NCBI GenBank assembly: GCA_041653995.1
Contig: JBAZEK010000001.1
Span: 1,184,747 to 1,248,746, forward strand
Source: Dehalococcoidia bacterium
GTDB taxonomy: Bacteria; Chloroflexota; Dehalococcoidia; GIF9; UBA5629
Direction of reading: 5' to 3'
DNA length: 64,000 nt
Each line of letters opens with the position of its first letter. The stretch's first letter is position 1. A model generated the notes under the pieces. It saw nothing but the letters and a program-made list of their open reading frames with translations, ran no database searches and was not told where the DNA came from. Made by a program: the position numbers and the translations under genes. Of this stretch, positions 18,658-28,448 are shown piece by piece.

Positions 18658-19362
18658 GTGAACCCGATAAGCGACGTCACCTACTGGACAGCTTTCATAG
18701 CGGGTTTGCTGTCTTTTTTTTCACCCTGTGTGCTCCCTCTGGTCCCAGCCTACCTGGCCAACCTGGCGGGAACATCGGCTATAGATACGGGCGCCAGCCG
18801 CAGGGTATGGCCCACGCTGCTGCACAGCGTGGCCTTCGTGCTGGGATTTTCCATCCTCTTCATCCTTATGGGGGCATCGGCCGGCCTGATCGGATCGTCC
18901 ATCATCGCATACTCCGATACCCTTCGTATCATCTCCGGCATAGTCGTTATAATCTTCGGTGTCTTCCTCATAGCCGCCTATAAGATCCCCTGGCTCAACT
19001 ACGAGAAAAGGCTGCATATGCAGGGGGCGCGCAACCCCGGCTATATCAGGTCGCTGCTGATCGGGGCGGCCTTTGCCGTGGGATGGACGCCCTGCATAGG
19101 GCCCATCCTCGGCTCGATTCTCTTTATCGCATCTTACACCGGCGAGACGGCCAAAGGCGCCACTCTGCTGGCTGTCTATTCCATGGGCATGGGGATACCC
19201 TTCCTGCTGATCGGGCTGGCCTGGAGCTATGTAGTGCCTTTCTGGAAAAACATCACCCGTTACCTGGGCCTCATTTCTATTTTAAGCGGCGTGCTGCTTA
19301 TAATAGTCGGTATATTGATGCTGACCGGCCAGCTTACCTGGCTGAGCCGTTTTGCAACCTGA
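18658..19362 (+). CDS. ccdA: Cytochrome c-type biogenesis / disulfide-transfer membrane protein CcdA (DsbD transmembrane-domain family)
   Basis: About 6 TM segments, with conserved Cys in TM1 (FFSPCVLPLVP) and TM4 (WTPCIGPILG). GTG start directly after trxA. Confidence 0.8.
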   Translation: MNPISDVTYWTAFIAGLLSFFSPCVLPLVPAYLANLAGTSAIDTGASRRVWPTLLHSVAFVLGFSILFILMGASAGLIGSSIIAYSDTLRIISGIVVIIFGVFLIAAYKIPWLNYEKRLHMQGARNPGYIRSLLIGAAFAVGWTPCIGPILGSILFIASYTGETAKGATLLAVYSMGMGIPFLLIGLAWSYVVPFWKNITRYLGLISILSGVLLIIVGILMLTGQLTWLSRFAT

Positions 19363-19389
19363 ATGCGTTATAACAGGAGAGAGACGTCC

Positions 19390-19902
19390 ATGAAAATTGC
19401 ATTACCTATCATTCTTACAGTGCTCTTCTGCGCCGTCCTGCTGTCCGGCTGCGGGGCTCCTGCTGTGTCATGCCCCAAAATCGGCGACAAAGCTCCAGAC
19501 TTCACCCTCCCCGGTATCGATGGGATAAACCATAGTCTGAGCGATTATGCCGGCAAACCGGTCGTAATCAACACCTGGTCGACCAGTTGTATCGAATGCA
19601 AGAAAGAGATGCCGTACTTTAAGGAAGTAGCCGAGCAATACGCGCCAAAGGGACTGGTCCTCCTTTCCATAAATACACAGGACAGCATCAATACAACCAG
19701 GAATTACCTGAACCAGAACGGATATAGCTTTACAACACTGATCGATTTAAAAACAGTCATTTATCAGAAATTCTGCTGCCCCAAAAACGCGGACCCCAAC
19801 ACGTTCTTTATCGGAACAGACGGCAATATCAAATCCATAAAGATAGGCAGCTTTGCCACCCAGGAGGAACTGGTCAGCGAAGTACAAAAAATTATGCCCT
19901 GA
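19390..19902 (+). CDS. TlpA/ResA-like thiol-disulfide oxidoreductase lipoprotein
   Basis: Signal peptide with lipobox (LLSGCG). CIEC active site in a thioredoxin-fold context (NTWSTSCIECKKE). Confidence 0.75.
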   Translation: MKIALPIILTVLFCAVLLSGCGAPAVSCPKIGDKAPDFTLPGIDGINHSLSDYAGKPVVINTWSTSCIECKKEMPYFKEVAEQYAPKGLVLLSINTQDSINTTRNYLNQNGYSFTTLIDLKTVIYQKFCCPKNADPNTFFIGTDGNIKSIKIGSFATQEELVSEVQKIMP

Positions 19903-20035
19903 CGCATGAAGAGAATGACCGCCGATTCGCCTCACAAGCTCCAGCGATATTTAAAAAGGGACTGAGACGTTGATCATATTATTATTCTCTCAAAGGAGAT
20001 ATTCTTCAGGATCATCGCGGTGAGCGGGAAATATT

Positions 20036-20620
20036 ATGGATTTTTCAAAGACGAACAAACTACTGTATATAGTCCTGGCTGCAATTATCATACTTATTGC
20101 AGCGGTTGCTGTTGCAGACAGAGCAATACATGCCAATTCCGCGATAGCGGTCCCCGGGTCAGCAGCTGAACCTGCAGCGCAAACAGCGGTTAAAACAGGA
20201 ACAAAGATCGGCTTTGCCGCGCCCGATTTCACACTACCCACCACGGACGATAAGGAATTCAAGCTCAGCGATTACCGCGGTAAAAATGTGATACTTAACT
20301 TCTGGGCATCCTGGTGCGGCCCCTGCCGCCTTGAAATACCCGCGTTTAAAGAAATACATAGTAAATACAACGACGGCAGCATTGTGATTGTCGCCGTCAG
20401 TTCCCAGGACAACCCAGACAACACGGCTTATTTCGCCGCGGTCAACGGCATGGATTTCGTTATACCCCTCGACCCGCGCGGCGTTGTATCCAACCTCTAC
20501 AACATCAGGGGAATGCCCACCACTTATTTTATCAACGAAAAGGGCATCATTACATCCATTAAAATCGGCCCCTTTATCAACATTGAGGAGATAGAGGAAC
20601 GCCTGGACTCATTCAAATAA
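20036..20620 (+). CDS. TlpA/ResA-like thiol-disulfide oxidoreductase (N-terminal membrane anchor)
   Basis: FWASWCGPCRLEIP active site. N-terminal TM helix. Confidence 0.8.
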   Translation: MDFSKTNKLLYIVLAAIIILIAAVAVADRAIHANSAIAVPGSAAEPAAQTAVKTGTKIGFAAPDFTLPTTDDKEFKLSDYRGKNVILNFWASWCGPCRLEIPAFKEIHSKYNDGSIVIVAVSSQDNPDNTAYFAAVNGMDFVIPLDPRGVVSNLYNIRGMPTTYFINEKGIITSIKIGPFINIEEIEERLDSFK

Positions 20621-20673
20621 AGCTGACCTGACGCTAAAATTCAGTTATAATATGTCAAATACGGTGTTTTTAC

Positions 20674-22464
20674 ATGAGTAATAGTGACGACATACTCAAG
20701 AAAGTTGAGCTGGACAAATGCCGCGAGGACCTGGTCCTGCTGCAAAGCCGTTTCAAAGTCGGAGAGATCGGAAGCGACGTATTTGATTCCGAGAGCAAGA
20801 TACTGCTCAATAAAATAAGTCTGCTGGAAAAAGAAGTAAATAAAATACCCCTCTCCGCGGGCGATAAATTTAAAAAGCACCGGGCGCTCATCGTGATTAT
20901 AGCCGCTGTGGCGCTTGGCCTGCTTCTTTGCGCAACGGTGATACTGCTGGTGCCGAGGTCGGGCACAGACGTAGGCAATATAGCCCCCGACTTCGTAATG
21001 CAGCTCACCGACGACAACACCACGGCGCTCAGCTCTTTCCGCGGTAAAAATGTCGTGCTGGTTTTCTGGGACAGGGATTTCTGGGACGATAACTTCTTCA
21101 GCGTAAACGGCGTGGTGCGCAGGCTTTACACGCCGGATAAGCTCAACGAGCTCTTAAAAAAGTATCCTGAGGGCGATCTGACTATTATCGCCATCGCCTC
21201 GGGCGCCGGCAGCAGCGAGATAGATGACCTGATAAAGAAGTACGATATAGCATTCCCGGTCATCAGCGACACTTCAGGCAAGCTTCGTTCAAGCTACAAC
21301 ATATCGTATGAGCCCACCTGTGTTTTTCTGGATAAGAACGGTATCATCAGGGCCAGGGTGGAAGGCCCCATCACAACCATATCCGATTATGAACAGATCA
21401 TCCACGCTGCCGGCAGCGGCCGCAGCATTAATAATTCGCAAGCACCCATAATGAACGTGCTTGTCCAGTCCAACAACGAGAAAAGCGCCATGGTGACCTG
21501 GAGTACCTTGCTCCCGGCCACCACACAGGTCGATATTGACGGCAAGAATATACAAACAGTTATAACGCCCGCTCCGGTCACCCTCCACTCGCTCAGTATT
21601 AATGACCTGTCCCCAAATACCTCCTACCATATCAGGATTTTATACAACGTGAATTACATCAACGTTTCGGAACACTCCTATGACGCGCTGGCCGATACGA
21701 TAGTCTCGAAACGCTATCTGGCCACGACTTCGGGAACGGATTCGAGCTATCCGGAGATATCAGGAGCCGGGACCAGTTCGATTACGGATTCATCTATACT
21801 GGTAACATGGAAAACCGACGAGCCCGCCGGCGGTGAAGTCGATTTCAGCATCGGCAGCGATATTCTGGGCACAGAATCCCAGGGAGACCGTCCGACAATC
21901 TGGCATACGGTCAAGCTCGATAGCCTTATGCCGGATACGGAGTATCGTTTAAAGATCAGATCAAAGGACACCAGCGGCAAGGAGTCTACTCAGGACCTGC
22001 CGTCGGTCAAGACGCTGAGCATGGTTGAGACGGCTCCCCAGGTGGGCAAACGGGCGCCTGACTTTATCCTGAAATCTTTAGACGGCACGGAGTATTCCGT
22101 GAGCCAGTTCCAGGGCCGCAACGTCATGCTGAATTTCTGGCTGGAAGGCTGCCGCGCCTGCGAGCTCGAGATGCCAATTATTCAGACAGCTTACAATAAA
22201 TACGGCCGCGACGAGCTTGCCGTTTTGGCAGTCAACGTGCGTGGAGACGCCGACAAGGTCAAATACTTCGTCGCCAATGAGAGATTATCGTTCCCCGTGC
22301 TGATGGACAGCGACGGCCAGGCGGATGCCCTCTACAAGGGGCCAGCCTTCCCCACCACATTCTTTATCGACTCCACCGGCATTATCCGGGAGATCAAGAC
22401 CGAACGTTTCCAGACCCTCAGCGAGATCGATGACTCATTGTCCAAATTAGACTGCTGCAAATAG
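20674..22464 (+). CDS. Large membrane-anchored double-redoxin: N-terminal cytoplasmic coiled coil, one TM helix, a degenerate TlpA-like domain (no CxxC), two FN3-like beta-sandwich domains, and a C-terminal TlpA-like domain with a CRAC active site
   Basis: First thioredoxin-fold region VVLVFWDRDFWDD lacks Cys. Repeats ...MVTWSTLLPATTQVDIDG... and ...ILVTWKTDEPAGGEVDFSIGSD... are FN3-like. C-terminal NVMLNFWLEGCRACELE. Confidence 0.65.
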   Translation: MSNSDDILKKVELDKCREDLVLLQSRFKVGEIGSDVFDSESKILLNKISLLEKEVNKIPLSAGDKFKKHRALIVIIAAVALGLLLCATVILLVPRSGTDVGNIAPDFVMQLTDDNTTALSSFRGKNVVLVFWDRDFWDDNFFSVNGVVRRLYTPDKLNELLKKYPEGDLTIIAIASGAGSSEIDDLIKKYDIAFPVISDTSGKLRSSYNISYEPTCVFLDKNGIIRARVEGPITTISDYEQIIHAAGSGRSINNSQAPIMNVLVQSNNEKSAMVTWSTLLPATTQVDIDGKNIQTVITPAPVTLHSLSINDLSPNTSYHIRILYNVNYINVSEHSYDALADTIVSKRYLATTSGTDSSYPEISGAGTSSITDSSILVTWKTDEPAGGEVDFSIGSDILGTESQGDRPTIWHTVKLDSLMPDTEYRLKIRSKDTSGKESTQDLPSVKTLSMVETAPQVGKRAPDFILKSLDGTEYSVSQFQGRNVMLNFWLEGCRACELEMPIIQTAYNKYGRDELAVLAVNVRGDADKVKYFVANERLSFPVLMDSDGQADALYKGPAFPTTFFIDSTGIIREIKTERFQTLSEIDDSLSKLDCCK

Positions 22465-22494
22465 CCCTGTTTACCGGGTTGAGGGGCCAATCAT

Positions 22495-23520
22495 ATGGGT
22501 AACAGACATCATTACATCACGTGGCTGACAGTACTTATTGTCCTCTTCACATCAGGCACGATCGGCTACATGCTCATCGAGGGCTGGAACTTCTTCGATT
22601 CCTTGTACATGACGGTCCTCACCATCGCCACGCTGGGCGGTGAGGTGCACCCGCTCTCCACTGCCGGCCGCGTTTATACCATCGTTCTAACGCTGTTCGG
22701 AGTAGGTACTGTAATCTATATCCTTACCAGCATTGTGCAGGCAACACTGGAAACTGAGTTCGGATCGTTCAGGAGGTCCCGCATGGAAGCCAGAATCAGG
22801 AAACTTGCAAACCACTTCGTGCTGTGCGGCTACGGCCGCGTCGGCGAGGCTATAGCCGGCACGTTAAAACAACAGAAATCCAACTTTGTGGTTATCGACC
22901 ACAGCATCAACAGCTACAACCGGGCCGTCCAGGACGGCTGCCTGGCCATTATGGACGACGCCACAAAACACGATGTCCTCAAGCAAGCCGGCATTGAAAA
23001 GGCCAGGGGCCTGATCACCGCCTTCGGCGACGATGCCTATAATACCTATGCGGTGCTGACCGCACGCGAGATCAACCCCATGCTCACCATCATCGGACGA
23101 GCCAATAACAACGATGCCGTTCGCAGGCTCAAACAGGCCGGCGCCACCCATATCATCCTGCCCGAAGTGATAGGCGGCCAGCAGATGGCCCGCCTGGCCT
23201 TGAGGCCAACCACTGTGCAGTTCATCGAGACAGTCCTGGCCGACCACGAGGGCGAATATCTGGTGGAAGAAGTAACCATCAACGAGAACTCAACTCTCAT
23301 CGACAAAACCATTAAGGACATCGGGGAGAGGTTCGCAGGTGTACGTATCATGGCCATCAGGGAAAAGGACGGCGATATAATCATTAATCCCAGCCTGAAC
23401 ACCACCGTCGAGATAGGGGGTAGCCTGACTGCTTTCGGCACCATGCAACAACTGCAGGAGATCGAAGGCTGTTGTTCAATTACACGCGACAGTAAGGGTC
23501 AGATAGTGCCCGACCTGTAA
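22495..23520 (+). CDS. Two-TM cation channel with a cytoplasmic RCK (TrkA-N/TrkA-C) domain. The selectivity filter is non-canonical.
   Basis: TM1, pore helix, filter TIATLGGEV and TM2, then a Rossmann RCK domain (HFVLCGYGRVGEAIAG) and a TrkA-C-like C-terminus. Confidence 0.75.
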   Translation: MGNRHHYITWLTVLIVLFTSGTIGYMLIEGWNFFDSLYMTVLTIATLGGEVHPLSTAGRVYTIVLTLFGVGTVIYILTSIVQATLETEFGSFRRSRMEARIRKLANHFVLCGYGRVGEAIAGTLKQQKSNFVVIDHSINSYNRAVQDGCLAIMDDATKHDVLKQAGIEKARGLITAFGDDAYNTYAVLTAREINPMLTIIGRANNNDAVRRLKQAGATHIILPEVIGGQQMARLALRPTTVQFIETVLADHEGEYLVEEVTINENSTLIDKTIKDIGERFAGVRIMAIREKDGDIIINPSLNTTVEIGGSLTAFGTMQQLQEIEGCCSITRDSKGQIVPDL

Positions 23521-23655
23521 GCGCCTCGATGCCGCAATCCGGCATCGGATAAGCAGGGAAAATGTGCTCCGGGTTTACGGATTTTCTGGCAACCTCCGGA
23601 GTTATACTGTAAGATTTATCAGGCCGTAACCCGGTTTATTTTTCTTCATAAGGAC

Positions 23656-24582
23656 TTGCCAATGAGTTTACGCGTCAAAAAAACACTGCTCTTCATTCTG
23701 CTTACATTCTTCATCGACTGGTCGATTGTCTTCCTCTATATCGCGCTGGGGGGCAAGGTCGACAGCCTCGGCATTGTGCTGCTGGCCGCGGTGTATATGT
23801 TTATCCCCATGATAGTCACAATTATCGTACAGAAGACTATTTACAAACAGCCGCTGGCCGGGCCGATGGGCATCTCATTCAAGTTCAACCCCTGGTTCTT
23901 CGCGGCATGGTTCCTGCCTCCCATAATCGCCTTTGCCGTCATGGGAGTCAGCCTGCTCATGCCCGGGATAACATTTACGCCCGATATGTCAGGCTTTCTT
24001 GCCCAGATGGCCTCCGCCCTCAGCCCGGAGCAGATGGAGCAGGCTAAAGAGCAGCTGGCCTCCATGCCGGTACATCCCGTATGGCTGATACTGGTGCTGG
24101 CTCTCATCTCTGGAACAACCATCAACGCTGTTCTGGGATTCGGCGAGGAGCTGGGCTGGCGCGGTTTCCTTCAAAAGGAACTCTCCGTCATGGGTTTCTG
24201 GAAATCCTCCGCGCTGATCGGATTCATATGGGGTATCTGGCACGCTCCCCTGGTCCTGCTGGGCCTTAACTATCCGCAGAATCCACAGATGGGCGTGCTG
24301 TTGATGACGGGCTGGACGATACTCCTGGCGCCTCTTTTCAGCTACATCCGCCTCAAATCGCGCTCGGTCATCGCCGCCTCAATCTTCCACGGCACCATCA
24401 ACGCCGTACCCGGCCTGGCTGTTATACTTATATCCGGAGGAAATGAGCTGACCGTCGGCCTGACCGGGCTGGCCGGATTCATCGTTTTTGCGCTGGCCGA
24501 TGTATTGATCTTCATCTATGACCGGTTTATAACCAGGGAAAAAGTTGATACTATTTTGAGACAGATGTCTACGGAGCCCTGA
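23656..24582 (+). CDS. CPBP-family intramembrane metalloprotease (CAAX protease / Abi family)
   Basis: EELGWRGF, FIWGIWHAP and FHGTINA motifs. Polytopic membrane protein. Confidence 0.8.
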   Translation: MPMSLRVKKTLLFILLTFFIDWSIVFLYIALGGKVDSLGIVLLAAVYMFIPMIVTIIVQKTIYKQPLAGPMGISFKFNPWFFAAWFLPPIIAFAVMGVSLLMPGITFTPDMSGFLAQMASALSPEQMEQAKEQLASMPVHPVWLILVLALISGTTINAVLGFGEELGWRGFLQKELSVMGFWKSSALIGFIWGIWHAPLVLLGLNYPQNPQMGVLLMTGWTILLAPLFSYIRLKSRSVIAASIFHGTINAVPGLAVILISGGNELTVGLTGLAGFIVFALADVLIFIYDRFITREKVDTILRQMSTEP

Positions 24583-25818
24583 ATGCAGCGCGGAGGATTG
24601 ATCGAGCGTCTACCTCCACCACTTCTCAAGCTGGCCCTGACCGCCGGCAGGCTTGCCGGTAGATCCGGTGTAAAAGTATACCTGGTGGGCGGCATCGTGC
24701 GTGACCTGATCCTGGGCCGGTCGTGCGTGGATATCGATCTGGCTGTTGAGGGCGATGCCGTCAGCCTGTCACAGCAGATGGCGGAGAAAATGGACGCCCG
24801 GCTGACTCTTCACAGGTCCTTCGGCACCGCATCATTGAAAATCGATGGCTTCAACGTGGACCTGGCAACCTGCCGCAGCGAGATCTACCGCCACCCGGGC
24901 GCGTTGCCGGTAGTCAAACCAGGCAGTTTACGGGACGACCTCAAACGCAGGGATTTCACCATAAACGCCATGGCCGTCTGCGTCAATACCCCCGACCGGG
25001 ATGTCCTGACAGACCTTTTCGATGGACGTCGGGACCTTTGCCAGGGACTGGTGCGCGTTCTGCACGATAAAAGCTTCCAGGATGATGCTACACGCATGAT
25101 GCGGGCGGTACGCTACGAACAGCGGCTGGGCTTCAAGCTTGAGCGCAGCACGGTCAGGCTGTTAAGGCGCAGCCTGGATATGCTGGATACGATCAGCGGA
25201 GATCGTTTGAAAAACGAATTGATGCTCTGGCTTAATGAAGACCATTGTTATAATATCCTGCGCCGGGCCTCACAACTCGGTATTACCGGCAAGCTGCATC
25301 CCGCCCTCAAATGGAATCAAGCCATGAGTGCGGCTTTCAGGCGGGCGGCTGCGCCGGATATCGTTAAAACATCGCCGCTGTATTTCTGCCTGCTCGTGTA
25401 CAACCTGAACGAGGATGAGCTTTATGAACTGCTGGGGCGACTCAACCTTGACGGCAGCCGTCTGGACCTGCTGAGCAGCCAGTCTCTGAAACTCAGGAGC
25501 ATGTGCAAAACGCTCGTTAAACCGGCTATCAAGAGATCAAAAATATATTCAACGCTGCATGAATTCGATCCGGTTGCCATACAGACTGTCGGTTGTTACG
25601 CTGTGATTCCCGGCCTGCGACGCAATCTCAAACTGTATCTGGACACGCTCCGTTACGTTAAAACTTCGCTGGGCGGCAACGAACTGTTGAAACTGGGTCT
25701 GTGCGAAGGACCGAGGGTGGGAGCAATCCTCAATAAACTCCTGGCCGCCAGGCTGGATGGAGCGATACGATCCAAATCAGACGAGACCAAACTGGCGCGC
25801 CGGCTGGCCGGCTTTTAA
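24583..25818 (+). CDS. cca: CCA-adding tRNA nucleotidyltransferase / poly(A) polymerase family enzyme
   Basis: VYLVGGIVRDLILGR...DIDLA head-domain motif (class II nucleotidyltransferase) and RRDFTINA. Confidence 0.8.
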   Translation: MQRGGLIERLPPPLLKLALTAGRLAGRSGVKVYLVGGIVRDLILGRSCVDIDLAVEGDAVSLSQQMAEKMDARLTLHRSFGTASLKIDGFNVDLATCRSEIYRHPGALPVVKPGSLRDDLKRRDFTINAMAVCVNTPDRDVLTDLFDGRRDLCQGLVRVLHDKSFQDDATRMMRAVRYEQRLGFKLERSTVRLLRRSLDMLDTISGDRLKNELMLWLNEDHCYNILRRASQLGITGKLHPALKWNQAMSAAFRRAAAPDIVKTSPLYFCLLVYNLNEDELYELLGRLNLDGSRLDLLSSQSLKLRSMCKTLVKPAIKRSKIYSTLHEFDPVAIQTVGCYAVIPGLRRNLKLYLDTLRYVKTSLGGNELLKLGLCEGPRVGAILNKLLAARLDGAIRSKSDETKLARRLAGF

Positions 25819-26414
25819 AACCGCCAGCCGTTCAACAGCACCGGCAACTGGTGCCCGATACTGCAAAGGATAATCGCCCGCGGCACCTTGCCGCACCAGG
25901 CGGCCAGCATAAATTTCCACCACTTTATCTTGAGCGCCCCGGCGGCCAGTCCCATCAGGTCGAAGGGCACAATGGGCACGAGGGCCCCACCGAAGACGGC
26001 CCATACACCATAGCGCTGCATCCAGCCGACCGCTTTTTGATAGGCAGGCAACTTCTCATCGACCACTATCCTTTCGCCCGCATATCCCACCCAGTACGAT
26101 GTCATTTCACCGATGGCATCTCCCGTGCCGGCGGCTAATCCTACCGGCAAGGGGTTCCAAATGATAGCAGCGGCAAGCATTAAGGCTGCGCCGGGCGTGG
26201 GAACGAAAATAGTACAACTGCTGATCAGGCTGACTATAAATACAACCAGATAGGCCAGCCACTCATAACTCTGCAAAGAAATGCTGAAGATGTCACGAAA
26301 CTGAAAGAGCAGGAAGGCGATGGCGACGGACACAGCCAACATGCCCAGCAGAAGCAGCCCCTCCTTGAGCCACTTCACCCACCAGCCGGTAGGCCTGGCA
26401 CCCCCGTCAGCCAA
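25815..26414 (-). CDS. DedA / TVP38-TMEM64 family membrane protein
   Basis: Polytopic membrane protein with a DedA-like core (VPTPGAALMLAAAIIW). Confidence 0.65.
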   Translation of the reverse strand: MADGGARPTGWWVKWLKEGLLLLGMLAVSVAIAFLLFQFRDIFSISLQSYEWLAYLVVFIVSLISSCTIFVPTPGAALMLAAAIIWNPLPVGLAAGTGDAIGEMTSYWVGYAGERIVVDEKLPAYQKAVGWMQRYGVWAVFGGALVPIVPFDLMGLAAGALKIKWWKFMLAAWCGKVPRAIILCSIGHQLPVLLNGWRF

Positions 26415-27270
26415 TCTCTTGCCTTTTTACTGACGTCACTATGTACGACTCCATATGACGAGACAGGAGATAGGCCTGGATATCGGATGCCTGCTTGCTG
26501 CTATCCAGCATGGTGAAAAGCACGGGCCCCGATCCGGCCAGATGTACCTCAGATACCCCCGTCCGGTGCAACTCCTCTAAATACCTGTCCAGACCCGGGA
26601 ACGCCGCGAGCATCACTCTCTCAAAAACATTGAAGAGCGACAGCGGCCTTCTTTCAGCCCCGCTTTCGAATTGCCTTCGAACGGTTGTGGAGAAGGCGCC
26701 GTCGGAATAATGGGCCTGTTTGAGCAGGCTGTAAAGAGCGGCTGTCTTACACGACGATACCGGCACTTCAGGCCGGAGTAAAACAAACCAGGTCTGTTGC
26801 AGGTCGGCCAGGGGGGTAATCCGTTCACCCCTCCCCTCGGCCAGGCAGGTGCCCCCGTAAATAAAAAACGGTACATCCGAACCGAGCCCGGCCCCGATTG
26901 CCGCCAGTTTCTCTGACGTTAATCCGAGCCGCCAGAGGATGTTGAGGCCACGCAGCACGGCTGCGGCGTCGCTGCTTCCACCACCCAAACCGGACCCCAT
27001 CGGTATATGCTTCTCCAGGCCGATAACAACGCCCCGCTTGCAGCCGGCAGCCTCGCCCAGCGTTCGAGCCGCCCGCAAAGCAAGATTGTCCCGGTCATCG
27101 ACACCCGGCAGGCTGTATTTCAGTCCAATACGGTCGGAGGGCTCCAGGGTCAATACATCATGCAGGCTGACGGTCTGCATAATGCTGGATATATCGTGAT
27201 AGCCGTCGCTTCGCCGGCCCAGCACTTCGAGCACGAGGTTAAGCTTGGCAAATGCCTTCAGAGTCAGCAC
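26407..27270 (-). CDS. ispE: 4-diphosphocytidyl-2-C-methyl-D-erythritol kinase. The start was moved to the GTG at 27270, preceded by GGAGGAG.
   Basis: GHMP-kinase motif PMGSGLGGGSSDAAA. N-terminal KAFAKLNL matches IspE. A strong SD (GGAGGAGAAAAGTG) precedes the GTG codon for VLTLKAF. Confidence 0.8.
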   Translation of the reverse strand: MLTLKAFAKLNLVLEVLGRRSDGYHDISSIMQTVSLHDVLTLEPSDRIGLKYSLPGVDDRDNLALRAARTLGEAAGCKRGVVIGLEKHIPMGSGLGGGSSDAAAVLRGLNILWRLGLTSEKLAAIGAGLGSDVPFFIYGGTCLAEGRGERITPLADLQQTWFVLLRPEVPVSSCKTAALYSLLKQAHYSDGAFSTTVRRQFESGAERRPLSLFNVFERVMLAAFPGLDRYLEELHRTGVSEVHLAGSGPVLFTMLDSSKQASDIQAYLLSRHMESYIVTSVKRQEIG

Positions 27271-28115
27271 TTTTCTCCTCCTGCCGCAAGGTAAAGGGCC
27301 GACCATTCCTCAAGCGAGAGCGATCCGGGGCGCCTCCCGGGATCTATACCCGATCTGCGCAGCATACTCTCCGCCTGCGCTGTTTCGATCTTCAGGCCGA
27401 TGGCCAGCGAATTGCGGAGCTGTTTGCGCGGCGACGAGAATCCGCAATGAACCAGTTCGAAAAACCCGTCGATGTCGGCGATCTTCAAAGCCGGCACCGG
27501 GAGCATGTTGAATTTAACAACGGCCGAATCCACTTTAGGCACGGGATAGAACGAGGCCGCAGGCACTCTGAGTATGATCTCCGGATTGCTGAAAAGCCGC
27601 ATACTGACCGCCAGGAAACCCATTTTCCCTTCCGGCGCAGTTACCTCCCTGGCCACTTCCTCCTGCATCATGATAATCATCAACTCCGGCCTTTTACCGG
27701 CTCGCGTGAAATAACGCAGGATGGGAGAGGTGATGTAATACGGGATATTGGCCACGACTTTGTAGGAGGAATCCTCTACCAGGCTATGCAAATCCTGTTT
27801 GAGGATATCCGCATGAACTATAGTTACGTTGTGATGAACGGCCAGCTTCTTCCTGAGCCTGGACACCAGCCCGTCGTCGAGCTCGACGGCGATAACGCGG
27901 CCGGCGCCGGCCGCGAGCATCTCCGTGAGCGCTCCCAGGCCGGGGCCCACCTCCAGCACGGTATCGTCCGCCGTAAGGGCGGCAGCTTCTATAATAGCCT
28001 CCCCGACGGAATCGACCACGAGGAAGTTCTGCCCGAGGCTTTTGCGTGCCCTGAGCCCCCGGCTTTTCAGCCGTCTCTGAAAACTGTTTCCGGTCTCTCT
28101 ATACTTGTATGGCAA
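27264..28115 (-). CDS. rsmA: 16S rRNA (adenine1518/1519-N6)-dimethyltransferase
   Basis: KSLGQNFL N-terminal motif and SAM-binding VLEVGPGLGALT. KsgA family over its full length. Confidence 0.85.
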   Translation of the reverse strand: MPYKYRETGNSFQRRLKSRGLRARKSLGQNFLVVDSVGEAIIEAAALTADDTVLEVGPGLGALTEMLAAGAGRVIAVELDDGLVSRLRKKLAVHHNVTIVHADILKQDLHSLVEDSSYKVVANIPYYITSPILRYFTRAGKRPELMIIMMQEEVAREVTAPEGKMGFLAVSMRLFSNPEIILRVPAASFYPVPKVDSAVVKFNMLPVPALKIADIDGFFELVHCGFSSPRKQLRNSLAIGLKIETAQAESMLRRSGIDPGRRPGSLSLEEWSALYLAAGGEKC

Positions 28116-28142
28116 CAGCCCGCTGCCTGTATGAAAAATAAA

Positions 28143-28410
28143 GGGCCGTGCACCGGCCTTCGATAGTGTCCTTCAGCTTGCTTCCGCCAGCCGGCTCCGG
28201 CCAGGTGACCCTGCGTCACCCGGAGTTCACTATTTACCGCTGCTTCCTTCCGGACCTGACGGGATTCATAGCCCTCCGCCGCGCAAGACCCAACCTTCAA
28301 CACCGCTTAACAGTTGTAGTTCTGAAAAACAAAACCTCGAGCCGGGATTCAGCCCCGCTATAGCGGATCTCGGGTACAGGGCACCGCTGGTTCCCCGCCT
28401 AGCACGGCCC
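28143..28410 (-). ncRNA. ffs: Signal recognition particle RNA, large (Bacillus-type, about 268 nt) form
   Basis: Minus-strand sequence contains GUCAGGUCCGGAAGGAAGCAGC, the SRP RNA domain IV consensus (identical to the E. coli 4.5S core). The 5' GGGCCGUGC and 3' GCACGGCCC termini pair as a closing helix. Lies in a 330-nt intergenic gap. Confidence 0.8.
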
Positions 28411-28448
28411 AACTCAAATACTACAATTAAAGAGCCTTCTTTTCAAGA

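Noticed and set aside
23521-23655. Inverted repeats (GATGCCG...CGGCATC, CCGGGTTTACGG...CCGTAACCCGG) between the channel and the CPBP protease genes as a terminator or riboswitch
   Set aside because: The stems are short or enclose a 40-nt loop. A U-tract only weakly follows the first hairpin. Evidence for any specific element is insufficient.
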